DNA of 64,000 bases from assembly GCF_000181795.1 (NCBI RefSeq), contig NW_003526944.1, positions 4,620,479 to 4,684,478 on the forward strand, read 5' to 3'. Shown piece after piece: positions 25,994 through 38,890 of the stretch. The stretch is from Trichinella spiralis (taxonomy: Eukaryota). The translations under genes were made by a program, and so were the position numbers. How positions within the stretch are numbered: position 1 is the first letter of the stretch; each line of letters begins with the position of its first letter. The notes beneath the pieces were generated by a model. That model was not told the origin of the DNA, made no database searches, and was given only the letters and a program-made list of their open reading frames with translations.

Positions 25994-27132
25994 TTAGCCA
26001 ATATAAATACCTTTGGATTTATCACTGATTGTGAAGAGGCGATTGAGCGGCTTTACCCGAAGTAGAAACGATTTCGCTTGGCCCGTTAAGTCCGGATGTA
26101 CGCAGATGTAGAAGAGACAGGTGATTGGAAAGAAGCAGTGCTGCAAAATGCGTCCCCAATAAAATGTGTACAAATATCTCGAATTCACCTTCCAGCACAA
26201 CAGGATGGTCGGTATCAGCTGCAAAAAGACAGTGCAGAGGATGAAGCCGCTCAAGCTGCGCAGTGTGGACCGTTGGTGGGATCGTTGGAAGCTTTTCAAA
26301 CCGGAGTTCACTTTCAAATTCCTCGCGCGAACAAACGCCATGTATGCGAACAAGGAGAACAAAGCGCTCATAAACCAGAAACAAATACGCAAAATTGTCA
26401 GTATCAAAAAACATCTCGGTGTGATGACTTCGATGAAAAAACACTTGGAGCGGATTTTGTGATTCGAGTCTTGCTGAAGCGAACAAATCAGATATACGAC
26501 CAACTGCATCCCGGCCAAAAGGCAGACAAGCGACAACAGTCTGCATGTTGATTTGTAAGAGAAAAGACGATCGTACAGTCTGCCAGCAGAGAAGAACAAC
26601 CACCGTTCAAAGGACAACAGCAGAACCACCATTGTGGTGGCGTCGATGCCGAATGTCTGAGGGATGAAGTAAAAATTCAACACGATACACTTCCAAGCTT
26701 CTGTCATGGAAGAAGCCCCAGTGGAGACGTCGAAATAGCGACGCAGAAGTGAAAATGCTGATCCGAAAGCGAAGCATATGCTAGCGAAAGAAAATCCTAG
26801 AAAATTTTTTCAAAATTTCACTTCAACATACAATCAGAAGTACAAGTGAAGCAAATTTTGTATTATTTTTACAAAATATTCGAGCTCACTGTAGTTCGGA
26901 TGATTGAATTCAAGTAGAAATAAAAATCCACAATAAAATTACCTTTTAATAAAACAAGATCAGCTCGTCGTCCGTTACGTTTGTAAATAAAGTGAAGCAT
27001 CAGTGCGCTCAAGATGACCGTGATTATGCTGTTGACAATGCCAAAGATTAGCATAAAGTCCGCGTAAGCGTAGTTGACTTCAGCAGATTGTGCTGCAGAA
27101 ATTTCTTTCTTGTTGAACGTTTCGTTGGACAT
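25994..27132 (-). CDS. 7TM rhodopsin-class / chemoreceptor-like GPCR, paralog 1 (exons 27132-26943, 26796-25994)
   Basis: About seven hydrophobic segments, LSFERW (DRY-equivalent), TM7 YICVHPD, C-terminus KGIYIG. Confidence 0.85.
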
Positions 27133-29397
27133 TGCTCTTGCTTATGAATCAGTGCAAATCTGAAAAATCAACTATCCGAACGTTTCATTACCCCCAGAAC
27201 ACTGTAAATAGCTGATTAAGCTGATTATTCAAGAACAATACGCCTAATGCTAGCCAGCAGTGATGAATTGATTTAAAGGCCCTTTATGTAGCATTATTAT
27301 GAAAAAAGTTGGTGAATATTTATTAAGAGACACTATACACTGAACAAACGTCTTCCCATTAACAAGCAAGTTTAATAAGAGCTGCAAGTGCCAAGTGAAC
27401 GATGTTACTTTTATACAAGTTCTAAGAAAAATTTCCAACTTTGGATTAAATTAAAATAATTATTTTTCACTTAACACGTGCCTGCTGCAATTTTCCAACA
27501 TTTCTGAAAGTAAATCATCAATTATTGCATTATTGTTATACAATGAAATGAAGTATTATTCTGTATTTATAAAATTCTGTTGCAGACTTTAGTTCAGTAA
27601 TTTATTCATTACTGTTTTTCACTTAAATGTTCGTAGAAATGTTTTCCTTAAATTTTCATTATTATTAAAAGTTTAAATCTGCTGCTATACTGATGTGGAA
27701 TACATCAAAAATAGAAATTTTACCTGAAAATAGAATAAAATAATTCTTTGGAATAAAATACCATGCAAGAGAAATTAACAATTAGAACAAATAAATTCAA
27801 ATAAGTTTTGTGATGCAGTACCTAGTTACATCTTGTGATCTGATGTTAAAAAAATAATACATATATACATACATACATACATACATGCATAAATCCGCGA
27901 ATAAGTTATTTTTATTCACCAATAACTAACTAGCAATAGTAAGTCTTCTACGGACACTTCCTTACCAATAACTTAGGTTTCTCGAGAGAGATTTGCACAG
28001 TATATAATTTGCACTTATTTTCCGAAACGCCATTAACATTCATTGTAAATGAATTAATTATTGAACTTTCAAAAGTACAATTAAAATTCTGAACAAGTTT
28101 TACTTTTTATTTTTAATACATCTGAAACTCATTTGTTAACATTTATGAAATTACTATTATTATTATTATTATTATTGTTGTTGTTATTATAAGAAAAGAT
28201 GAAGGCTTTGATTGTAAAAATGAAAAAAAAATAATTTGTATCTATGATACAATGATCAAATTGCAATTCAAAATTTTTATATAATTTGAAAATATTGCCT
28301 ACATCACAGAAAAATTGATTACAAAAAGTGAAATATAAAATGAAATTAAAAAACATTCGCTTCATAATTTATAATTATAAATTGAAATGAAGAAAATTTG
28401 AATTGAAATGAATTAAATCATAAAGTGATATTAAAATGAAATAAGAAATAAATAAATAAAAGTCGCCTTTCAAAATGAAGAGGGGATTTATTGAAATACA
28501 AAGACATTTTGTTTTTTTTTGATTTCACACACATGCAGATAAATATGAGGAAATAATTTCAAAGCAAACTTTCAAAGGTTTCAGTAGGCTTCTTTTTGAA
28601 AAGTACGTTAAATGTAATGAAAAAACTGAAAACTTCAAAACCTATTGAATTATTATTTCAGATGTTACTGTATATATGCATGTATGTATACATGTATTAG
28701 CAATCATAAGATAATTAATTATTAAGTTGCTTAAGAAATGATGAAAAAAAATTTCAAAGCTAAAATTATTGATCCTGTTCATAGAATAATTTCAATTGAA
28801 ACTGTTCTCAAAAATAATTATTCAAAATGGAGAAATTTTCATTTCAGCAAAAGCAAATCTTTGAAGCGTTTAAACATTTCAAATGCAATTTGATAAGCAA
28901 AGGCAAGCGAAGAAAAAAGCGATTTTACAAAAAATGAACAATCAACTTGAAAAAGCGTTGAATTCACACAAATTGGCAAATCCAAGCAACATCTGACGGA
29001 CCGTTATCAATTGCTAATAAAATTTTCAAATTTCAATAAAAAATCAAATAAATAAATAATTTTACAGTAAACAAAGAAGAATGAATATTATTAAATGAAC
29101 CGTTCGATTATCGGAAACCGTTTGGATGGAATATTGTGAAACTTAAGGTTGGTTGAATTGCATTTATTTAGTATGTATAAACTGAAAAAACAGACAACAG
29201 TAAAATTCATATACATGATTATAGTAATGTACAGTGTAAATTGTGATTTTACTTTGTGAAATCTTTGAAATAATTTGGTAAGAATAATTTGGTAAGAAAA
29301 ATAATTGGATGAGATTCAATTTTCATATATTAGAATCAAAGTCGAAAGAAAGATGATCATTCTTACCTTGCAAGCAGAATTGTTTCTGCTGACGTGC

Positions 29398-30662
29398 TCA
29401 GCCAATGTAAACTACCGATGTTTCATTCTTTGATATCATACGCTTCAAGCGTTGCAGCCGTTCAAATGTGGCGGTTCCGTACAGGATGGAAAAATCCGGA
29501 TGAATGAACATGTAGCATAATATTGACGTCGACTGGAAGATGTTGTCGCATACCGTCGCAGCGTCGTACATCCACACATTCGAGGCGTTCTTGTAAGTGA
29601 ACAAAAATACAGTCCAGGGGAACAGTTGCAGTACAACTGTCAAGCAGAACAGCAATATCAAAGCTCTCAGTATCGATCCTTCCCTGGCCACGCGTATAGC
29701 TCTTAGACTTTCTGTGATGGTTCTACTTTTGGAGTGGAATGTGAAAAATGCCGCCGCATACAGTACTGCAGAACCCAAGCCGACCAGTATTTTCAGAAAA
29801 ATGTAAATCGTGTAATAAGTGTTGCCAACAATTTGAGAACGACGACACGTTCCAAGAATCCACTCGTTTTTATGATCGAAAGCAAGAAAGTATGAAACGA
29901 GAAAATCTACCAAGCCTGTCATAAAGGCGAATACAATTAGCATGCTTGTAGTTTTGTACGAAAAAATAAGCTGGTGCAGTTTTCGGCTGCTGAAGTACAA
30001 ATAGCGTTCCAGAGACAATAGCAGAGTTATAGAAAAGTGACCATTCACGCCCAGAACGTTCAGAAGAGTGCTCAAATGGGCAGCACATTCGAACGGTCTG
30101 ACCGAGAACGGTTCATACGTGAACAACAGCAACCGCTCTAGTGCAATTTCTGCCCTGGCAAATGATGTGAAGATGTTGGCAATGATGAATCCTGATAAAG
30201 AATATCATTTTCAATTATGCAAATTTCAATTCAAAATTTTATCTACTTATTACACGAAATTAAATTATTTGCACAACTTTATTTTCAGCATTTTTCAGAG
30301 CAATATATTCATTCTCTGAAATAATAATTCAAACTAACTTCAAATTTAAACAAATATACCAAGGCTTCGGATTAATTCAAGATATAATCGGTTTTTCTTC
30401 AAATATAAGCTTACGATAATGTTGAAAATTATGAAAACAAAACAATATAAATAGTAAAAGTGCGCTTGCCTTTAATTAAATTTTGTTCAGGTCTCCTGCC
30501 TTTACGCTTTATTATTTGCGCTAAAGCGAAGACGCTGAGCAGAATTGCAATGGCACCGTTGATTGATACAAAAAGAAGCAACGGCGAATTCCACGAGCCC
30601 CAACTCTGCGGATTTGGATAATCTGTTGAATAATTGCCATCCGCATCAAACAAATTAGCCAT
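29398..30662 (-). CDS. 7TM GPCR-like, paralog 2 (exons 30662-30470, 30191-29398; GC-AG intron)
   Basis: MANLFDADG...KRKGRRPEQNLIK|GFIIANIF..., LSLERY, YMFIHPD, C-terminus SVVYIG. Confidence 0.85.
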
Positions 30663-31015
30663 CCGATCTATTTGCACTAAAACTACAAACAAACAGAAAA
30701 ACAAAGAATAACAATATCAATAGATAAGTATGTTTATCACTTTGAAAAATTTGCAAATTATTTTAACTAAGTAAATTAAACAAGGAAAAAATAAAACCGG
30801 CACGTTTTTATAGGAAATACCTATCTGTAAGGAAATCACTTTGGCATTTTAATTTTATTGAAGGGTTTTGCAAAATTGATAAGCTGTATGAAAATAATAA
30901 AATGATATTAATACAAAGTGAACAATTGATCAACCGCAAAATATTTTCACAAATCAACAATAGAAACGTCAACGCTTTTAATATGCGTAAAAGAAAGCGG
31001 AATTTCTCTCACTGA

Positions 31016-31019
<4 letters not shown>

Positions 31020-31053
<34 letters not shown>
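31020..31053. repeat. (TAA)n microsatellite
   Basis: Directly visible; similar tracts at ~28155, ~32605 and ~46063. Confidence 0.9.
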
Positions 31054-31054
<1 letters not shown>

Positions 31055-32602
31055 AGAACAAGCCTGACTTGATGATGATAACCATGAATACTTCTCCATC
31101 AGATTTATTAGAATAGCCTTGTCCACCTTTGCTCCTTATCAAATGTTATTAATCTTCTGCACGCAATTTACCTCATCAACCTTTTCGACTGGAAAACAAT
31201 TGCCAATATGTTAATATGAAAATTTTCATCACCTTATTTGTCGATACATTAGCGAAAAATTCAAGTTCATAATTTAAATGATAAAAATTAAAAGCAAATC
31301 AAAATGAAATAAATCTTACGTTCAACACTTCTACCCTAAAGTTACAAAATGTCAATCAAATATGCATCAATAAAACTGTCGAATATTCAATGTTGATCGG
31401 GCAAACAGTTATCCGATACGACGGAATGTTAAAATTTTCATAAAATTATTAAAATTGTCATCAATCATCAAAATAAATATACACTGTTAATAATCATTTT
31501 CTGCCTATGATGAATGTATTTGAATTTTCATTAAATTACGTGACATATTGTTTGTTTGTTCTATTTGCATAAAACAGCAGCTAATCTAACTAATAATTGA
31601 AAAACAGTTACACAAGTTTTAGACTTTGATCCTACATCAGCTTTACAATAAAAAAATTATTGTAAAAAATGGAAAAAGAAATGCTCGTTATACCTCAGTA
31701 ATATTTTCCCCAAGAAACAAATAAACAGTGCAACAAGCTTCGGTTGATTAAAGCATCATCATCATCATCTTCTTCATCGGAAGTAGCAAATTTAAAACAA
31801 GCAGATATGCTCGATATTATCGAAACCATTGCATTTAATCAAAAGGAGTGTTTCTGCGAATATGAGCAATTATGTTTGTACATTCAGATTATCATCATTA
31901 GCGACAGCAGCAGCAGCAAAGCCGGATGCTTCACAAATTAGCATAAAATTGATTTCAACACTAGACGCTTTTGGCTTCGGTGCAATTTATCGCAGCTTAC
32001 TTTGGTTTTCAGTTGCCAGTTGCAACGTCGCCTTGAAACTGAATAACTGTCAAAATATCAAGTGAAACAAAAACGACTACCAAATTACACCCGTCTGCCA
32101 TTAAATTGAATTTGAATTTTTAATTATTTCCAATAATAAATATTCATGCAACATGAATGGTCATGTTCATTGAATATTAATGAGTTTAAGCATGAATATA
32201 AATACGCACAACTTTTATTAGACTTTGAAATGGAAATTTTGTTTAATAAATTGAAAAGAAAAAAAACACAAATGTACATTTCATGCAAATGAGTTGAACT
32301 GTCAAAATACAATAATAATATTATGTAGAATAATACTGTGTATAATTGAAGGAAAAGAAAAAACAATAAAGAATATCATCTTTAATTATTAATTAATTGT
32401 AAGAAAACGACGAAGATTTTAAATTTCATCGCTGATGATGAAAATTATGAAGTAGTTTATAATAAAAATAAAAAAAATCGTTGAACTGTGAATAAAATCA
32501 AATCAAGCATAAAATTCTATAATTTTTTTCATTTTAAAACACTAAAATAAAAACAACATTAAACATAAAAATAGAATTTTTATTGCACACTGAATTTTCT
32601 CT

Positions 32603-32641
<39 letters not shown>

Positions 32642-34419
32642 TTTATTCTATTCATATTAAATGCAATTTTTCAAGAAAATTATAAACTGCAATGCAGCAA
32701 TGTGATCATTAATTATGACCAATTATGGAGAAAATTGTTGAACTTTTACCATCTAATAATTTCAAGAAATATTAAATATATAAATGGTCAAAAAAGCATC
32801 ATTAAACGTTGAAACGGTGTGAAATTGTTCACTAAATTGAATGCCACAATTTGAACAAATTGAAAAATAAAATAAATTTTACCTGCTTTAATATTAAAAG
32901 CATTTTAAATGCTGCTGCTGCTGGTGCTGCTTCATCCTCATCTATCTAAAGTTTTTTGCTTATGTTTTAGCTGTTCGAGGAAAACAAATTCTTATATCGG
33001 TAAACATACATGATACCATTCATCATATCTTATTGTTCAGTGCATCATTTTTCCAACACAACAAAATCAATCATATTCAAATTAAAAATACACCAAAATA
33101 ATAATTATGCTCGTTTTGTACGTATGTAAAATTGCAAAATTCCTAATAATGGAAACTTGAAATCCATCCCAAATGAACAAATTTATCCATCATTCAACAA
33201 CCGACTCTCTTCTTTGTGTAAAAACATCTCTTTCAAAGAATCAATTATTCACTTATTGCACACAATCAACTTACTATTATTTATTTCAAATTAATTAACT
33301 TTATTTAACAAATTACTATAAGTGAATGCTCAAAAAATGATGTACAAACAAAAACCAAAAGAATGGTTGGTTGATTGCAATTGCATATTTCTGTGATTAG
33401 CGATGAAATTCTGTGTCAAAGCATTTTTTAAAAAAAAACTAATTCTGATCCAATAAAATTAAATTCGCTTCATCGAGGAACATATTTAAAAAAAATACAC
33501 AATGGACAATTAATTATTTCACAGTGAAAACGGTTGCCTTGGTCAGCTTGTATAATTTTTTCTTTTGAATACACAATTAATCATTCATCTGTTCATTAGA
33601 TGTTGAACAATGGTAATGAAAATTTGAAAACTGAATAATAAAGTATCCAATAAATGACCATTCAATCACGAAGCCCAGTGCCATTTGGGAAATTTTCCTT
33701 ACCACCCACTGTTCTAAGTGTGATTTTGTGCTAAGATGAAACATTTGAACTGAAAACAAATAAAGATATACATGCAATGTATAATTTATGGGCGAACTTT
33801 TGCTAAATGTAAAATATTCATTTGTCGGGAAAATTTAAAATATTGTAAATAAAGAAGAAAATGATGATGAAATCGAAATGGATTTGGTGTTCAATTTGGA
33901 ATAAAAGAAAAAAAAATTCTCTAATTTTCAACGATGAAATTTTCAATCCAGTCGACCGAAACAATACCACCCGCGGATTTTGATTCACAACGCTTGAAAT
34001 GTACGCAACAATGTGGAGGAAATTGAATTTTTCCAAATCGAGAAAATACACTCGATTCGGACCTGAGAGTCACGTTTCACCAACGATACAGACTGCTGTG
34101 AAAGAAAGTGAAAATTGACAAAGCAATAAAATAGCCATAACAACGTATTGAAACTTCGACCAAGCTTTAAACCCAGCAGAACAACATCGACGGTTACGGT
34201 TGTTTTGTGCTTTTTTGGTTCTTTTTATACTTCGACTGCTGATAATATACAATCAAGTCGGATTTCGTGGAAAAAATATTGCAATTTAAAGTCAGTTTAA
34301 ATATTCAATTGTACGATAGAAAGAACAATTTTCCAAACATCCACATCTACAACCATACAAAAGTTTATGGTCAACTTTGTCCACTGTCGTCGAATTGTAA
34401 CATTTTTTTTTGAAAAAAA

Positions 34420-35774
34420 ATGAATGAAACCACCGGACAAAGCTGCAACACGATTGTGGAATTTGGTCAAAATCAAAGACAAGCTTACACGAACATATCG
34501 GTTCAAATTATATTTCTATTAAACGGATGCGCAGGAATGCTGATTGCATTAATACTGATTATACTGATTCGCAAACGTAAAGGTCAGCGTGCCGATTTAA
34601 CACTACTCGAAGGTAAGGAGAATACAACATTTGAAATGATAAAAATAAAATTCCTAATTTTCACTTAATAATATATACATAGAAAATTTCATAAATTTAT
34701 CATTTTCAATAACAAACAACTCAGTTTAGCATGATATAAATACTTGTGAAACAAAATCAAAAATAGCAAATATCAGAATCAATCATTCAATGACTATCTA
34801 AATTTAGTTCCCCTTATGAATATCATCAACACAAACCGAATTCGCGTATAGGTATTGGAAAATATTTCTATTAATAGCCTGTATTCTCTATTTTAATTCA
34901 ATAATAAAAAGTACAAATTTTGAATTTGATCTATTAGTTACCTTAAAATAATTCTCGCGTTATTCGATCATATTGCTTGTCATTTTCAGGATGTTCAGCT
35001 GGTACGTTCCTGATGTCCTGTAGCCGGGTTCTGGTATCGGCGCAGAGGCTGAAACAAATAAATGAAAAAGTCAAAATGATCACATCAATACAGTGCTTGG
35101 CACTGAGATTGGACTTTCCGTTGGCCATAGTTGGCGAATATATGCTCCACTTGGACATGCTTTTTCTGTCCATTGAACGTTTGTTCTACTTCGTCAGTGT
35201 GGAAAAGCACCGTCGGTGGTTTTCCGTGCGCAACTGCAGATATTTGACATTGTTCAGCTTCTTGGTCGCCCTGGCCAATATGATAATTTGTTACAGCGTC
35301 GTGTTGTCCACACCGAACTACTGTGTGCCTTCGTATTGTCCAAGAACGACGTTCATGTCGTTCACGCATTTCATCATTCACCTGACAATTACCATCTCGT
35401 TGGTCACTGTTGATATTGTATTTTACATGATCGCCTTGCTTGTACACCATTTTCGCAAGGTGCAAAAGTTGAACAGCCTGCGTCGTATACAAGACGCCAA
35501 AGAGAAAACAGTCTTCCACGGTATGCTGTTCGCCTGGTTTGTCATTTTCACAATGAAAATGATACCCTGGATTTCATACTATGTTTCCTACTTTAACGCC
35601 CAGGCGGTCGATTTGCTCGTCGCTGCACAAATACTCGACAATCTGTTCATGCCAATTTCATCGCTTCTATATTTGCTAATCCACCCGGATCTCGGCCGTC
35701 ATTGTAAAGCTGCCATGGCCAGGTTCGCCTTCTTCCATTCCTCCAAGAACACATCCGTCGTCTACATCGGCTAA
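34420..35774 (+). CDS. 7TM GPCR-like, paralog 3 (exons 34420-34612, 34990-35774)
   Basis: RKRKGQRADLTLLE|GCSAG..., LSIERL, YLLIHPD, C-terminus SVVYIG; same intron position as paralogs 1 and 2. Confidence 0.85.
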
Positions 35775-36019
35775 AAATTACCTGCACACGTTCTGCTCTT
35801 TTCATCCGGTTTTCATAATACCGTTATGGTTGTTGTTGTTGTTCTTCTTCTTCTTCTTCTTTTCCCATTAATATCCATTGCTATTAGAAAAATATTAAAA
35901 TAAATAGGTGGAGCTTTATTGTCAAATTTTGCGTTCAAGCAACCCTGAATAGATCAAACAATGAACAAGTTTTACAACTGAAAAAAAACCAAGACATATT
36001 TGTTCTTCCAAGTCCTAGT

Positions 36020-38890
36020 CTAATCGAAATCCTGAAGATCAGATATACGCAATTCGGACAGAGGTGGTAAAGAGAGTCTTGCTTTGGACCATTTTGTGAA
36101 AGCTTTACGCTCATTAGCCGATCCAAAAGAAAACAGCACAGATTTCACACTGAAGAAGACAACATTGGCGTTCATTTGCCTCAACATCTGACCAACTTTG
36201 GACCGACAATGATTACAATGAAGCACAATATCAGGCTCCAAGCGAAAAGCTTCGCTGGGCCAGAGTTGGCGAAAAGCATCCCGATCAACACAAACCACTA
36301 ACGTATCATTGACGTGACGCAAGCTGGATGCGGGAGCGAAATAATAATCACACATTCTGCAGAAAATTCTGTGAAAAAAAAATATTATTCAAATGTACAC
36401 AACTGAACTGATGAAAAACAAAATGGCAACAAGATTTAAAAAAAAAATTTCTCTCACTTGGAGTCCATCATCAGTGAATGGAAGCTATGGGAAGTTTTCG
36501 GCGGGAAAGTGATCAAGTTGCGTTTCGCTTTCAGCTTGGATAGTTCATTTTTGAACCAAACGTTACCGTTCAATTTGATCTTCTTCACCGCTTCCAAAAG
36601 CAAACTTTCTTGCATTTCCAACGTTTTCTCTTTTTTCGAATAAAAACCTTCGTAAGCAATCAAAACAACCGCGCCATTTCCTTTACGAGTACGACCTCCA
36701 AAAATCCAAATTGAACCACAACAACAAATAAATAAATAAACAAATCGAGCAAACCACGCTGTTGAATTTTAGAAATAACACTAGTGACATAGTTGTATCG
36801 GATGACCAAATTGCAAGCTGCCACGTCGATACCTTCTTCAAGAAGCGAAGTTGCAATTAATATTTTGAATTCACCCTCTTTGAATTGCTGCAGTCGATTG
36901 ACCACTATCACCTTGGATCCGGCTAAAATGATCATCAATTCAAAAGAAAAAAAAAGAAAAATCCTCTTTCTCTGCTTACAACGATCCGTTGCACCGCTAC
37001 TGCAGCTGGTTATAAAATTTACACCGTAAATGTCAACATCCGAATCGTCTTTGATACACTGACACAACTGAGCTGCCAGTTTCTTGGTACGCACAAATAT
37101 GAGCACACGGGAATCGGAATCCAAATTGAATTGATTCAATACAATTTTTTTCAACGATTCATACAACGGTGATTTGTAAGCTCGGACAAGTTCACCTTCC
37201 AAAGCTTGTATTTTCCCTGAAAATATCGTTTCAAAAAAAAATTCATCCTTTTTAAATTTGAATATAAACTTCTTACTTTGTTGAATTTGATAAAACATTG
37301 AATCAGCTTGAGAGAAATTTTCAAAATGACAAATATAACTGTTGACGAAATGGTTAAAACCAAGAATGAAAGATGTATGCACTGCAATGTCAAGCGATTC
37401 GTGTGTATGCTTCAGCAGAAAAAAAAAGAATAAATAAAAATTTCAAAATGATCCTCGTCTTCTTTATTCAAATTTCACTTACCAACATTGCATTCAAATA
37501 CGAAAGAGCATTTCGCCTAACCACAGGATCTTTAATTGTCACAACAGCTTGTTTCAACTGTCCCAATTCAGAACGATAATTCGTCTGCATCTTGTCCTGT
37601 AGACGAGTTAACGTGCTGATGTTAATCGCAGTCTGATCCGTCCGTTGAATCAACGCTGGATGGTCAATTGAAAATTTTTATTTTAATTCTTTTTGAATAA
37701 ATTATATATAGAGAGAAAAAAAGATCAAAATTATCTTACAGGAAAGACTGACTTCGAGCGTGCGAAGAATATGCACGAGATCTTTCAAAAATGTTGCATT
37801 CGGTATGGGATCAGGCAAAATTAGGCTTACTGTAAAAGTGTGATGGGAAATTAAGGAGAAAAAACTTTGCTTTAACTTACATTCTGAATTTTTCGAAATG
37901 TAGCGCTTCATTTTTTCACTTTCAGGATCAGCAGCCGACAATGTACCGCAGTCCAAGTTGCAACAAATGCTCAAAACTTTGGAAATAGTCTGAGGTAGAG
38001 TTGCCGCGCTGCCGTAGCATACCGAAGCCGTGGTGCCGACAATCTGCGGCACCGGGCAACGAGCCCTGAAGTAGAAATCCATCAACGCGTTGTACGGATG
38101 GCAGTCGGCAGCGTGGTGGCATTCGTCGAACAGCAACAACGTGAACGAGCTGATATTCAAGTTGAAACTTTCTTCTATACTGTAATTGAGCACGTTCAGC
38201 AAAGTCTGCGCAGTGCAAATCAACAGTTCGTTGTCCCGGGCGGATATGAACGTCGAACTGCCACTTTCACTGTTTCCCAAATAATGCACATCACTGATGT
38301 ACTCTTCGAACAGATTCAAGTGTTGTTCGGCCAACACCACAGTCGGTACGATCAAACATATCTGGAAAAGCATGCCAATGAAATGCACACAATTCGACTA
38401 TTCTATTCATATTCTCTGTACTCACCTTGTATTTTTTGTGCGTCAGTTTTTGATGCTTGATGTGGTTCAGGATCACTTTCAACAGCATATAAGTCTTGCC
38501 AGTACCAGTTGGCGAACAAATCAAAGTATTCTTGCCCAACAGGGCAGGTGCAACAAGATCTTCTTGAAAATCATACAAACTCAACGTTTCTACAAACAGA
38601 ACAAAAATAAAATCGAAACAACAAAATTTGCACATATTTTTATAAAACTCAAATAAATAATCAAATTATCCTATTTTAAAACATGAAATTCATAAATTTA
38701 CATAATTAAATAATCGAAAAGCAGACAATAATCAAAAGTATACACTTTTTTACATTGAAATTATTATAATCATAAACAAACTAATGATTATTTTTTAAAA
38801 CTACATTCTACTCTATGATCATTCATTACGACTGTTTCAACTTATCACAGAACGTACTTTTATGTGTGGCGACTTCATTAAGAGATTCCT
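36020..38890 (-). CDS. RIG-I-like / Dicer-related DExD/H RNA helicase (drh-like); 5' end unresolved, may extend towards ~40 kb
   Basis: Q motif LYDFQ, PTGTGKT, VPTVVL, DECHH, GTTAS, LIFVRT, LIATSLLEEGIDVAACNLVIRYN and QQR|GRTR. C-terminal Zn-binding domain with CRMC...CNHC. Confidence 0.9.

Noticed and set aside
31080..34260. Possible minus-strand gene between GPCR paralogs 2 and 3
   Set aside because: Exon-like fragments are present but give no joinable frame or recognisable domain.
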